Part shown: piece after piece, positions 22,774 through 33,857 of the stretch
Layout of the letters: every line of letters begins with the position of its first letter
How positions within the stretch are numbered: position 1 is the first letter of the stretch
From: Corallochytrium limacisporum Hawaii
Lineage: Eukaryota; Protista; Pluriformea
Direction of reading: 5' to 3'
DNA: 64,000 bases
Assembly: GCA_002811645.1 (NCBI GenBank)
Contig: PDIP01000007.1
Span: 116,471 to 180,470, forward strand
The notes under the pieces: generated by a model
Told to the model about the DNA's origin: nothing
Seen by the model: only the letters and a program-made list of their open reading frames with translations
Databases searched by the model: none
Program-made: the position numbers and the translations under genes

Positions 22774-25700
22774 ATGACACAAGCGCCGGCCGATCCAGAG
22801 CGCCCTACAAGGGCCCGGCCGTATCTACAATACTTTGTCGTAATCGGATTTGAGGGTGTCCGGAGAACCAGCCTCCAGGGCAGACCAGGCTCTGCTAAGC
22901 CGCCACTGCCGCCTCGGGGGCCTCCAGCGGAAACAAATGATGTCGCTAAATCAAGCAATGAATTAGCTATATCATCTTCGTCTTCCTTGGCTATGCCACA
23001 AACTCTGCGGGACAGTTTACACAGTCTTCTGATTCCAGACGAGATAGCGGGAGATTCGTCAAAATTGAGTCCTGAGGTCCTGTTGCGATGTCCTCCGACT
23101 GATCATGCATACTATGAATTTCCTCAGGAACTAGCTGCTTTCTGCAGGCCCAGAGGCTGGTTCTTGAGTGCAAGCAAGAAACCAGCAGAATTTCATACAC
23201 TCGCTCTGACAGACTTAGACGGTAATGTCAGCTACGGAAGCGTTTTAACTCTGTGGTCTCGTGTGAAGAAGACGCAGTACCTCTCCTCTGTGGAGTTAGA
23301 TCCAGAGGACCCACCGACATGGGACGAAGACAATGGGATCGCCTACCTGCCCCGCTGCTATGTATTCTTGTCTCTGTTTCCCAACACTGCTTTACCTAGA
23401 CTGACGCTCCGGGGTTTCTTAGCGTTGAAGGTCAACGGTGTCTCAGATGAGGATGTCTACAAATACATTCAGCGGATGATGACTGAGATTCCACATCCAG
23501 TTCCGGGAGTCAGACTGGCGTTGTCGATCGGAAATGAACAAGCTCAGGCTTATCACCCGCGCGAACACGAACTGCAGATCGACGATGGACAATTAGACGT
23601 AACCAGGCTCTTTGACATTCTCCCAGTGCACCATGTGGTAGCCATATACTTTGCCCTTTTGGTGGAACAGAAAGTCATTATTCGGGGACCATCGGCAGCA
23701 TTGTTGGGGGAGGTAATGACTGGGCTACTGGAGATCCTTCGACCGCTGACGTTCCAGTTTGTTTGCATACCAGTACTTCCGAGGAAGCTGACTGACATTC
23801 TTTCAGCTCCGACGCCATACCTAATTGGTATTGACAGTGAGATTGAGGTAGATACGGACTTGGTCGAATGTGTTCTGGTCGACATTGGACAAAACACCTT
23901 GATGTACCATTTACATGGCACTGATGGGTTGCCGCCGAAGGTGCTCACTGAGCGATTGGAAAAAACATTGATGGAAATTCGAGAGCCTCATCGACTACAT
24001 GCCAATCGCCTCAAGCGTCCTCAGGAGCCCAAGAACGACCGTGATCTGGAGCGGCGCCTGCGATTGGCTTTTATGCGGCAATTCGTATTTTTGACCCAAT
24101 ACGTTGCGACAAACTCTGTTCGCTTGAGGCATCTGCCGCAAGAAATATTCGTATTTGAACACTACGGGTATCTGCGTGAGGTTTCCAATCTTGCCCGGGA
24201 TGACCAAGAATCGGCTCGAGAATTCCTGCGTATCTTCATCGGATCAACAGCCTTCGACCATTTCATGAATAGCTACAACTACGTGGATCGAAATGCTGGA
24301 ATGTATGATGAAGTTTTGTATCGACTGAAGCGGAATCCGGACGCCTTCTTTCGCACGGAACTTCGTGAGCTTGTTCATCAGGACAAAGCCCATGCTGACA
24401 TAGCGGTCAAAGTGACCGAGAGAGAACGACTTGATATCTCAAATCTTTGCGACGTGCGATCGGAAAACTGCGATGTCGAGTTTGACACGAAAGCAATTTG
24501 CGACATGGGTGGCAGCTTCACGCCTCGTCCCGGAGGCGTGCACCCTCCGCCTGCGAAAGAAATTACTCCCACCGAAAACAGAGCTGGCAGTCGCCTTATG
24601 GCTTTCCCTGGGCAGGATACCAGCCATGTCGAGGCAATCTTAGCCCATCTCTTGCCCATGGACAGAGCATTGATCGACGAGGTTTATAGTCCACTGCTCA
24701 AGCGCACAGAAGCCAATACTTCGATCCGAATGGAGGACCTGCGTGAGTTATTCAGTCGGAGTGTCGAAAGCCGAGTATACTTTGCCATGAAGCTTGACGA
24801 AGCCTCGAAAAATCAAGAACGAATGGAAATCATGCAGTCTCAGTTTGATGTGCTGCTCCGATTGATCCCCATGGTTTTGAGAGCCAATGAACACGCGGCC
24901 GTGATTGGTCATCTATTGGTTCGGCCTCTGCGTTTGTTGTGCTACAAAAAGGGATCATACGAAGATGAGATGTACCGTCGGGTTCGCGTTGGACTCGTGT
25001 GGACATCACAAGAATTGTGGGAATACCATACTTTGTTCAGCATTCAGGATGCGCTCATTCGCCGCTACGACTGTCACAATTTGAAGGAATGGCAACAGGT
25101 ACAGACAACCCACAACGACGATTCACAGGACGCCAGAGATCAAAATGATGCATCTGAAAGGGAATTGGTGAAGGAGACACTGAAGACAGTGGCCGAGCAA
25201 ATGGTCGCCTTCCAATTTGATGAAACTGACGCAAACAAAATTCTGAGGTATGCGGCGTCAAGGGCAAAACTTGAATATCCGGAGATTGAAGACATCATGA
25301 CGTTGTATCAACAATGCCAAGATTCCTATGCCGAAAAGGAAGCTGCCAGGATGGCTCAGACTGCTGTGTCCACAGAGAACATTTGGAGTGCCACTGAGAT
25401 TGAGCTGTATGATAGAGAGACAACACAGCGGTCATGGGATTCGGTGCTTTTGACTAGTCCAGCTATAGACGGAGTTGCCGACGGATCGCTTACAATCACC
25501 GAATACCGGATAATATTTCAAGGCAATGTGCGAGCAAAGCACTCCTTCATTTTCTGCGTTCCTTTGCTATCATGCTACTACGCCGAGCGCATCTCGCCCA
25601 ACCACTCGAGCATCAATGAAGTGGGCGCAATTGTTGAAGATGCACTTGAATTGCGCAGTTGGATGGGTCACTGTGTGAATTTGTACTTTTGCGCTGGGGA

Positions 25701-27618
25701 GCGCATGTCTGTATGGACACCCAGTCTGAAATTAAGAGGCCTTATTGGGGAGTACATTGGCAAATTTGGAACCATCGCGATACCGTACGGTGTCGACCGG
25801 GATCTGACCATGCCTGGAACAGATTTTTCTGATCTTCTGGCTGCGGATTTTGAGCGCTTGGGCATTACCTCCGAAGCTTCGTTGAAGTGCCCATGGTACT
25901 TCAAGCAGGACTGCAATATGGGTAATCTTGTCTGCCAGTCGTATCCAAGGGCGCATGTCGTTCCTCAGGACTGGGATTTCGCGAAGTTCTCAGGCATGGC
26001 GCAGTACTTCAAGGATTCCAGGTACCCCATGTTGTCATACTATCATCAAAAGAACAATACCTTCCTCATGAGAGCGGCTGGCACAAGATTTCCACGTGGC
26101 AGCATGAAGGATCGCTGTTTTGAAGAGCTGGCTCTCATGCAGTTGTTGCTGGTGAACTTAAATTCATCCGCAAGTGGCACAAGACCTCAAATCCTGATCG
26201 TTATGGACAGCGAAGTGGGCGATGCCACCGGCAACACCCAGAAAGCTAGTGTACTGTACCCCGGATGCGAATTGATGCCGCTACAGAGGGTATATGACGA
26301 TGAGGATCTTCCCTTGCATCCAAAGAATATTCACACAGCGTTTGATCGGTTCATCAAGAGCTTTGGACGAGAGAAAGGAGATTACTTGCATGCCATCCAC
26401 AAGAGCAATTGGCTGGAGTACATCTCCACATGCATATCCATCGGTTCTGGCATTGCCGACCTCCTTGTCAACCACGATGTCAGTGTGTTGTTGAGCCTGG
26501 AGAGTGGCAGCGATCTCACTGTCATTCTATCATCGTTGGCACAGCTTTTGGTAGACCCGTACTACCGCACCATTGGGGGATTCTGTGATCTCATTGTAAA
26601 GGAATGGGCAGCGTATGGACATCCATTTTCGTATCGTCATGATGTCCGCCTCTTGGATGATCCGAACTACAAGGTGGCGCCAGTATTTAGCCTCTTTGTG
26701 TACTGTGTGGTCCATGTCCTTCGACAATACCCGCAGCACTTTGAATTCAGCCAGAACTTCCTTGGCTACATCCAATGTCATGCCACATCTGGTCGATTTG
26801 CTGAGTTTCAGTTCCAAAGTGAGGCACACTACCGCCGTCGCAAAGTGGAGAACGCGGAGAGCATGAAGACTCAAATCCTAAAAATAACCGAGAATCAAGC
26901 CAGCTTCTACAACATCTTCTACAGGCAAGAGTCCGCTATGTCTGTCAGTGAACCCCTCGCCCCGCTGGCGAACGTCAATGACTTCTCATTGTGGCAGCAG
27001 TTCCATCTCTGCGATCGTATCAGCACGTTCTTCGATGCCGTACCGGCAGCTGTGGTGGGCAAGCCATCGGAACTCTCTGTTCTGCAGGAGATCATGTCTG
27101 ATGAGGAACTTGCCGGCCCAGGTTGGCAGAAGCGTGTCCAAGAATTGTTCCATGACATTGAACCCTATACTGAGGAGCAACAGTACTACGAGGCTTCACC
27201 GCTGGTCAAAGGCAGTCAATGTGTCGCGAGCGATAGATTAATCACTCATAGCATTCATCTTGTGACCCACCGATTCCAGAAGAGTTCTCAACTGCGTGCC
27301 CGCTGTGACTACTGTGGTAACATGCTTCTCAGTTCTAGCGCACTTCGTTGCCGGGATTGTCGCTATAAGGTGCACGAGAACTGCGCGCCCTACTCTGCAA
27401 AGGCCTGTGGGTCCTCGACTCGCTTGAAAGCCAAAGGCGGAGCATCCTTCACTGCGGAAAATAGTAATTCGCAACCCGGTAGTGTGATCAGCGTTGGTGG
27501 AGGAGAGCAGGCCTTGGGCGCTTCCATGTACATGGAAAACTCTGGTGGGTCTCACCATTCCTCCGGTGCGAAACACCGACTGAGAAAGGGTCTCGGCCGA
27601 TTGATGGGCAAGAAGTAG
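22774..27618 (+). CDS. SBF2: SET-binding-factor-like myotubularin pseudophosphatase (DENN - SBF2 - GRAM - inactive MTM - C1)
   Basis: DENN motifs (FCRPRGW, LVEQKV, LSAPTPYLIGI); MTM domain (CQSYP, DPYYRTIGGF, KEW..YGHPF) with catalytic loop SLESGSD; C1 domain H..CDYC..CRDC..H..C. SBF1 and SBF2 cannot be distinguished. Confidence 0.85.
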   Translation: MTQAPADPERPTRARPYLQYFVVIGFEGVRRTSLQGRPGSAKPPLPPRGPPAETNDVAKSSNELAISSSSSLAMPQTLRDSLHSLLIPDEIAGDSSKLSPEVLLRCPPTDHAYYEFPQELAAFCRPRGWFLSASKKPAEFHTLALTDLDGNVSYGSVLTLWSRVKKTQYLSSVELDPEDPPTWDEDNGIAYLPRCYVFLSLFPNTALPRLTLRGFLALKVNGVSDEDVYKYIQRMMTEIPHPVPGVRLALSIGNEQAQAYHPREHELQIDDGQLDVTRLFDILPVHHVVAIYFALLVEQKVIIRGPSAALLGEVMTGLLEILRPLTFQFVCIPVLPRKLTDILSAPTPYLIGIDSEIEVDTDLVECVLVDIGQNTLMYHLHGTDGLPPKVLTERLEKTLMEIREPHRLHANRLKRPQEPKNDRDLERRLRLAFMRQFVFLTQYVATNSVRLRHLPQEIFVFEHYGYLREVSNLARDDQESAREFLRIFIGSTAFDHFMNSYNYVDRNAGMYDEVLYRLKRNPDAFFRTELRELVHQDKAHADIAVKVTERERLDISNLCDVRSENCDVEFDTKAICDMGGSFTPRPGGVHPPPAKEITPTENRAGSRLMAFPGQDTSHVEAILAHLLPMDRALIDEVYSPLLKRTEANTSIRMEDLRELFSRSVESRVYFAMKLDEASKNQERMEIMQSQFDVLLRLIPMVLRANEHAAVIGHLLVRPLRLLCYKKGSYEDEMYRRVRVGLVWTSQELWEYHTLFSIQDALIRRYDCHNLKEWQQVQTTHNDDSQDARDQNDASERELVKETLKTVAEQMVAFQFDETDANKILRYAASRAKLEYPEIEDIMTLYQQCQDSYAEKEAARMAQTAVSTENIWSATEIELYDRETTQRSWDSVLLTSPAIDGVADGSLTITEYRIIFQGNVRAKHSFIFCVPLLSCYYAERISPNHSSINEVGAIVEDALELRSWMGHCVNLYFCAGERMSVWTPSLKLRGLIGEYIGKFGTIAIPYGVDRDLTMPGTDFSDLLAADFERLGITSEASLKCPWYFKQDCNMGNLVCQSYPRAHVVPQDWDFAKFSGMAQYFKDSRYPMLSYYHQKNNTFLMRAAGTRFPRGSMKDRCFEELALMQLLLVNLNSSASGTRPQILIVMDSEVGDATGNTQKASVLYPGCELMPLQRVYDDEDLPLHPKNIHTAFDRFIKSFGREKGDYLHAIHKSNWLEYISTCISIGSGIADLLVNHDVSVLLSLESGSDLTVILSSLAQLLVDPYYRTIGGFCDLIVKEWAAYGHPFSYRHDVRLLDDPNYKVAPVFSLFVYCVVHVLRQYPQHFEFSQNFLGYIQCHATSGRFAEFQFQSEAHYRRRKVENAESMKTQILKITENQASFYNIFYRQESAMSVSEPLAPLANVNDFSLWQQFHLCDRISTFFDAVPAAVVGKPSELSVLQEIMSDEELAGPGWQKRVQELFHDIEPYTEEQQYYEASPLVKGSQCVASDRLITHSIHLVTHRFQKSSQLRARCDYCGNMLLSSSALRCRDCRYKVHENCAPYSAKACGSSTRLKAKGGASFTAENSNSQPGSVISVGGGEQALGASMYMENSGGSHHSSGAKHRLRKGLGRLMGKK

Positions 27619-29440
27619 AACACCTTGCCACCAATATTGAGGCATCGCTTCTTGTCTCTCCATCCGTCTATGATGGCCAACCTTCTGTTTCAATCTATGA
27701 ATTAGAAAAGCAGCAAGTTTAAAGAGTTAGAAATAATGTCCACGGCATTGTCGTTGCGGTCTCTCTGTTCTAAGTTTGCTAGAATTGTGTCTTTCATCAT
27801 CGTCACCCATCCAATTCATGCTCGATCTGAGCCAAAGACCCGCCCTCGGGATTTGAGGAACCGTTGAAACTTGGGCTCGACGAAATTAACCCTGCTGATT
27901 GGTTGGAGCACGGCGGGGATGTGCGCATCGCTCTGATTGGCTCAATTGGCACTGTGCTTCACTACTACTTGGCAGAATATGAGAACAGTGTGCTCTGCGA
28001 GGTTTGGACCAATCGGACATCCAGCTGCCATCCACAGAGCCAAACGACAAACTTTGGAGAACCCTCCACAACGCTGCAGACACATTGATACAAGCACACT
28101 ATGTTCTCCCCACCGGCGCGTTTGTGGATACATGGATTGAGTGAATGGATATAGGACGGCATCACTGCGCTGGACTGTTGCCTGGTAAAGAAGCAGTGGT
28201 TGCTTGCACAGTACACAGCATGCACATACTGTTACTTCGTTGAAACAGAGGAGGATACACGAATGGTTCCCTTTACGCCCTCATTCTTGGGTAACAGCAA
28301 CCCGCACAGCGTGTGTAAACAGCGTAGCTAGTGTGGACTCTTCATCGCGTGTATAATACATATCATTGTCAGGGATGTTGCATAGCGAACACAAGAAGAA
28401 GAAGATATATTGATGACGAAAGGCATTTTCTGATCGTCGCTGTGGCGAAGTTTGAAGGTAAGGTACGGAAAGGAGCAGTTAAACGCCGAAAAGGGGTATC
28501 GCAGGAAACTCCGCCACGAGACACCGAGACACAAAGCCGTATGACTTCTACACCCCGATACCATAGCTAAATTGGCAGTGTCCTATAGATGAGTGATGTT
28601 TGCAATCAGACCATGAAGTGCCTGTTGTCGCTTACCATCACCAAATGTAAACCTTCTCCCAAGTCCTTATGGGCTCTCCGCTGGCCTCTCCCAAGTGGGA
28701 GAACCCTTGACAACATCGACAGTCGTCTTCCAACCATATATCAACAGCAACGGCCAGCCAACAGGTGATCATAGTCCCCGGAATTTCTCTACGAGGCCCC
28801 GGGGATTGGGGCACCGTAGGCCCGCACAAGCCCTACGGCGGGACCGGGCGCGCACAGTAGCACCGCCTTGCTGTGTTCAACATGAGTTCAAGGGAACACC
28901 ACCTTACCCGGGCATCCACGGCGCCAAATCTTCGTACATGTCCAGTAGTGAGGGGTGCGCGATGGACACTCACCCCGATGCTGGGATGGCGTCCCCAGGC
29001 AAAACAATGGGGACAGAGTGGTGATTTCAGTAGTGAAAGTGCCACTGCCCCGTTTCCCCGTCATACTCCAAAGCCATGCAGCAGTCAGGTGCACTTGTTT
29101 GTGTCAGTCGGCAGAGTTATGGCAACAGCGGCTGGTGTTTCCAAGGGGAATGGGGAAGGGTGTACCGCTTGAACGCAGCCAAATCAACAAAACAGAAAAG
29201 GGCATAGAAGCTGGGGAAGGGATGAGAGCCCAGAGGGAGAAAGGAGGGAGGGGCGGGAGGGAAGCCAGGAAAGAACAAATAAACAGTGGCGAGAAGAGGG
29301 TATGCGAGTCCCAGGAAAGGGAAGAAAAAAAAACCTACAAAATTTACACAGGCGGAGAACCGTTGGGGGGGGGGTAGGGGGTACTAAGCAAAACAAGGAA
29401 GGGGGGGGGGGGGGGGGGGGGAGAGCAAAGGGAGCGATGG

Positions 29441-29534
29441 GTAAGTGAATATGTTATCAACATGGCGGGTCAAGCGCCTTGTGGATCAACTCCAAGACAT
29501 CGACATTGCGATTTTATTTTACTAACCTGTCTAG
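29441..29534 (+). other. Canonical 94-nt spliceosomal intron in an apparently non-coding + strand transcript
   Basis: G|GTAAGT at 29441, TACTAAC at 29520-29526 and CTAG ending at 29534. Confidence 0.6.
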
Positions 29535-29636
29535 ATGGCTGGCGTCAATACTTTATAGAGCTGTGATTCTGCATCCACGACGATGATGATGACTGCGGAC
29601 TCGAATGTTTGAAAGATTTTTGATACAATTCACATG

Positions 29637-32264
29637 TTACTCCTTTTCTGCCTCAGTCTTCTTGCCCGAAGCCTCCCGCACCTCGTCCTGTGCCTCAAGC
29701 TGCTGACGCCACATTCCGGCGTAGATTCCGTCCGAGGCAAGTAATTCACGATGCGAGCCACGTTCGGCGATCTTTCCGTCGCGGAGCACGAGGATTTGAT
29801 CCGCGCCGATGACCGTGGAAAGACGATGAGCCACCACCAGCGTCGTGCGGCCTTCTGTAACGCGATTCAGCTGCGCCTGGATCATACGCTCCGTCTCCGT
29901 ATCAAGCGCACTCGTGGCCTCATCAAGGAGAACTATCGGCGGATTCTTCAGCAGAGTCCGCGCAATGGCAACGCGCTGTTTCTCACCGCCACTCAGGCGC
30001 AGACCACGCTCCCCGACGACAGTATCGTAACCCTCAGCAAAGGTCTCAACCTTGGCGTGAATCTCTGCATCCTTGGCTGCGTTGATGACCTCATCATAAG
30101 GCGCATCTCTGCGGCCATATTGAATGTTATAGAAGACAGTGTCATGGAAGAGGACGGTATCCTGGGGCACAACACCGCAGTTCATGCGCAGAGATTCCTG
30201 TGTGACATCGCGAATGTCCTGACCATCGATGATGATGCTGCCGTCCTTGGTGTCATAGAAACGGAACAAAAGGCGAATAATGGTGCTCTTGCCTGCGCCG
30301 GACGGACCAACAAGCGCAAACGTCTGACCAGGAGGGATCTCAAAGCTGACATTGTCAAGGACCTTGCGATCGCCGTAGTCGAAGCTTACGTTCTTGAATT
30401 CAATGTGACCCTTCGAGACCTGCAATGTCTTGGCGTCGGGCGCATCCTGCACTTCGGGCTCAAGATCCATGAGGTCAAACATGTTTTGCATGTCGATGAA
30501 GTACTGTTGGATAACCCGGTAGTATGTCCCGAACCAATTCAGTGGCGAGTACATCTGTCCGACGTAGGACAGGAACAACACAAAGTCACCGACAGTAAAT
30601 CTACCCTGCAGAATCCGTACAGTACACAGAATGAGACCCGCCAGCAAACCTACGGTAATGATTACACTTTGGCCAGTATTCAGAAGAGTCAGGGATGTCT
30701 GCGTATCCCATTCAACGGCTTGGTACTTCTTGATGGCCGTGTCCAGACGGTTTGTCTCGAATTTTTCTCCAGCGTAGTACTTGACAGTCTCAAAGTTCAA
30801 CAATGCGTCCACAGCCTTTGTGCGTGTGGCATTGTCGGCATCGTTCATGGCGCGACGGAATTTGGTACGCCATTCAGTAACGCGGATGGTAAACCACAGG
30901 TACGCAGCCATGGTCAGAAACACTAGCGCGCCGAAGTATAGATCAAAGTAAATGGCAAAGAAGCCAATGCCGAGGCCAATGTCGACCAGCGTCGGGATAA
31001 TGTTGAAGATGAGGCTGCTCATCAGGGAAGAAATTGAGTCCGTGCCACGGTCCATGATGCGCAACACTTCACCAGTCTTGCGTCCCAGATGCCACCGTAG
31101 AGACATGTACTGCAGGTGCTCGAACAATCCTACGCGCATGGTCCGGGTGGTGTACTGTGAGATCTGTACCCAGAATAGAGACCGGATACCATTGAGCAGG
31201 CCCATACTGCCGATGCCACCGCCCTGCAGGAATCGAATGACAATGAAAGCGATAAGTGTGCCCGTTGGGAAGTGCAGGTCGTGGTAATCCTCGTCCTTTC
31301 CGGGAGTCAGGTCATCGATCAGCTTCTTGTAGAAGATCGGGACGAGCACATTTACAATTCGGCCACCGACCAGGGTCATAAAGGCTATGAAAGCGTAGAT
31401 CTGCAAAAGAGGCTTGTCCCGTGGCCACAGATATGGCATCAATCGACGCATCTTCGCGCCAAAGTCCTTCCATGGAGATTCTGGTTTTGAGGGTCCAGCT
31501 CCGTTGGCACCATCCGCACTTACAGACAGCGGTGCGTACTCCCCCAGACCGTCTTCAGCCCTGCGCATGACAAGGATGATGTAGTAGCCTCCGACAAATA
31601 GTAGTCCCAGGTAGCGCAGTCCGAAGATCGACGTCTCCGCCACACCCACCTGTGTTCGTTGGTCAAAGTATTCCGAGGAGTTTACACTTGCAAGTTCGAG
31701 GTTAGCGTGTAGGAAAGCCAGAGAGAGCAGGGTGGGCAGGTAGCTTCCTGGTTTCCGATCATTGTCGTATTCATAGGCCATCATTCTGGTTACCTTGAAG
31801 TACACAATGGCCATGAGGAACTCCTGCGGGAACTGATACAGACGGATACCCTCGCCGTGGTTGCCAAAGAGGCGGAAAGTGAGCAGGGTCAAGTGCAGAA
31901 AACCCAGGAATCCCAAAAAGACGCGCATCCAAAAGATCAGCGACGCATCCGGCAAAGCCCTGGTCGGACCTTCATCGGTCCCTCTCCTAATTCTGTACCA
32001 GCGATAGAGAATCATCCCAGTGATTATGGTATAGATCACCACCGCAAAAGTAGGTTCCAGTAGACAGGCGCTGAAGCCACCTTCCTGCCAAATAGGAAGA
32101 AGTGAGCGGTCCGTTCCGCAGAAGCCTCCGGGTTGGAAGAAACGCCAGCCATGGTGTTCTGTAGCAGTTAAGGTGCTGTTGCTACTCTGCAGATGTTGGT
32201 ACTGGGTATGTCCAACCAGATTGTAAGTTGGATCCCGGTGCAGTATTCTCAGCCCAGAATCCAT
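29637..32264 (-). CDS. ABCB6: ABCB6/HMT1-type ABC half transporter
   Basis: N-terminal extra TM domain (ACLLEP); LRWHLGRKTGEVLRIMDRGT, LLNFETVKYY, PLNWFGTYYR, GPSGAGKST and LSGGEKQRVAIAR. First ATG at 32264. Confidence 0.93.
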   Translation of the reverse strand: MDSGLRILHRDPTYNLVGHTQYQHLQSSNSTLTATEHHGWRFFQPGGFCGTDRSLLPIWQEGGFSACLLEPTFAVVIYTIITGMILYRWYRIRRGTDEGPTRALPDASLIFWMRVFLGFLGFLHLTLLTFRLFGNHGEGIRLYQFPQEFLMAIVYFKVTRMMAYEYDNDRKPGSYLPTLLSLAFLHANLELASVNSSEYFDQRTQVGVAETSIFGLRYLGLLFVGGYYIILVMRRAEDGLGEYAPLSVSADGANGAGPSKPESPWKDFGAKMRRLMPYLWPRDKPLLQIYAFIAFMTLVGGRIVNVLVPIFYKKLIDDLTPGKDEDYHDLHFPTGTLIAFIVIRFLQGGGIGSMGLLNGIRSLFWVQISQYTTRTMRVGLFEHLQYMSLRWHLGRKTGEVLRIMDRGTDSISSLMSSLIFNIIPTLVDIGLGIGFFAIYFDLYFGALVFLTMAAYLWFTIRVTEWRTKFRRAMNDADNATRTKAVDALLNFETVKYYAGEKFETNRLDTAIKKYQAVEWDTQTSLTLLNTGQSVIITVGLLAGLILCTVRILQGRFTVGDFVLFLSYVGQMYSPLNWFGTYYRVIQQYFIDMQNMFDLMDLEPEVQDAPDAKTLQVSKGHIEFKNVSFDYGDRKVLDNVSFEIPPGQTFALVGPSGAGKSTIIRLLFRFYDTKDGSIIIDGQDIRDVTQESLRMNCGVVPQDTVLFHDTVFYNIQYGRRDAPYDEVINAAKDAEIHAKVETFAEGYDTVVGERGLRLSGGEKQRVAIARTLLKNPPIVLLDEATSALDTETERMIQAQLNRVTEGRTTLVVAHRLSTVIGADQILVLRDGKIAERGSHRELLASDGIYAGMWRQQLEAQDEVREASGKKTEAEKE

Positions 32265-32978
32265 TCTTCTTGGGTCGGTGAGTAACAAGCGGGCTATGGT
32301 AAAATGCTTGTTGCCGAGGACGGAATTAGCGGCCTGTATCACATAAACCGATCATTTGACGTACCTCAATGGGAGAAGCAGGCCGTGTAAGAACTGCAAG
32401 GATACACCCCATGAACTGCGTTGCCTGAAACACGATAGATTCTATTGACAGTCAGCTGATGGAAAGGAGGACAGGACGCACCGGCAAACGTTCGCGATCT
32501 TTGCGTAGTTTCTGCGACCCCTCCCTCATTGCTGTCCAATTCATTCGAGTTGGGACGGATGACACCGGGTTTTAGGTTGGGAGGGAGATGTGCGTGGAAT
32601 CCGCCGTGAGCCAGGCGCAGTACTGGTCCCCCTTCCCGCCCCCCCCCCGGGGGGGGGGGGGGGTGGGGGCTCATTTCTTTGCCGACGATCCCAAAACACG
32701 AGTGTGCAGGAAACTAATCGGTGCTGCTGATCTGTGGGTGTATCGTTCATTGGTCCCGGTTTGGTTGTGACCATACGGCTTCTTACCGACTGGAGAATAA
32801 ACTCATTACTATGATGGGAATGTAAAAGATTGTTGTCTCAAGTAATTATCTTTAATATGGAAATATGATGCGATGTGAAAGTAGAATGACAGTGTGTTTG
32901 GAAACAACATGAACAACAGAGTTTCCTTTATCGATGCCCAGGTGTCATAAGCCCAGTGATCTAGATAACCCACATTAC

Positions 32979-33230
32979 CTAACCAGCAATAACCAGCAAG
33001 ATAATGACGAGAAAGTTGACAGCAACCAGAGGATACTTCATGACCGTCTGTGTGGCGGCGATGAGCCCAATGATCCGACCCTTTATCGACTCGTCCTGCC
33101 CTCCATATCCCTGAACCTGCTGACTTGAGGACAGCCCATACCGCCTTAGGAAGCGCTTTTCGTTCAAAATCACCACACTATTGAGCAGCAGTGTCCCTGC
33201 CACGAACAGTTCACTTATAGACATACCCAT
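32979..33230 (-). CDS. IER3IP1: Yos1 / IER3IP1 small ER membrane protein
   Basis: LLLNSVVILNEKRFL..YG, IK..IIGLI.A.QTVMKYPL..VN; two TM helices. Confidence 0.9.
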   Translation of the reverse strand: MGMSISELFVAGTLLLNSVVILNEKRFLRRYGLSSSQQVQGYGGQDESIKGRIIGLIAATQTVMKYPLVAVNFLVIILLVIAG

Positions 33231-33857
33231 TGTGAATGGTTCTGTACCCTTGAGGTTTCCTTTTGTATTGTCTGTCTCTACCTTTGTGGGTGTCACGTTT
33301 AACAAGGATTTACATGTCTGCGTTAAATAGCAGCAGGTCCTGGACAGGCTGACACTGACGTAGTCTCCATCTGTACAAATTCGGTTACCAGTTTCCATCG
33401 CTTTGAGAAAGAGCAGGAAAACAAAGAGAAAGGCGCTTCAAAACAATGGGCGACAAACGACCCGAATGACACCTCACCAACATCCACCCCAAGACTGCAC
33501 CCCGCCAACCCCTCCCCTTCGCGGTGGGGGGCCCCTCTCCGCTTTGTGTCGGGACGGGCCCGGTGACAAGGAGGGTAGGCTCGGAACGCTCTCACCGAGA
33601 AGCGATTGCAACGTAAAGAGGCAGAGGCCCAGTGTCGCCAGCCAGCCCAATGCGCATATCCATGGAATTAACTGCTAGAAGAAGTTTGTTATTTCAAGAC
33701 GAAGACCGGCACCTGGAACTATACAGGCGCTCCTTCACCATTGCGGATACGTAACATAGTGGTTTTGAGGTTCTAGCGGTTGCCGTATGAGAGAACGAAC
33801 TAAGAGAAGAGAACAGTAGCGAGCGAAAAGAAGCAGAATAGAAAATAGATCCCAAGT

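Noticed and set aside
29751-30926. 391-aa + strand ORF, as a possible product of the antisense intron-containing transcript
   Set aside because: Codon-bias shadow of the ABCB6 nucleotide-binding domain; no protein-like motifs.
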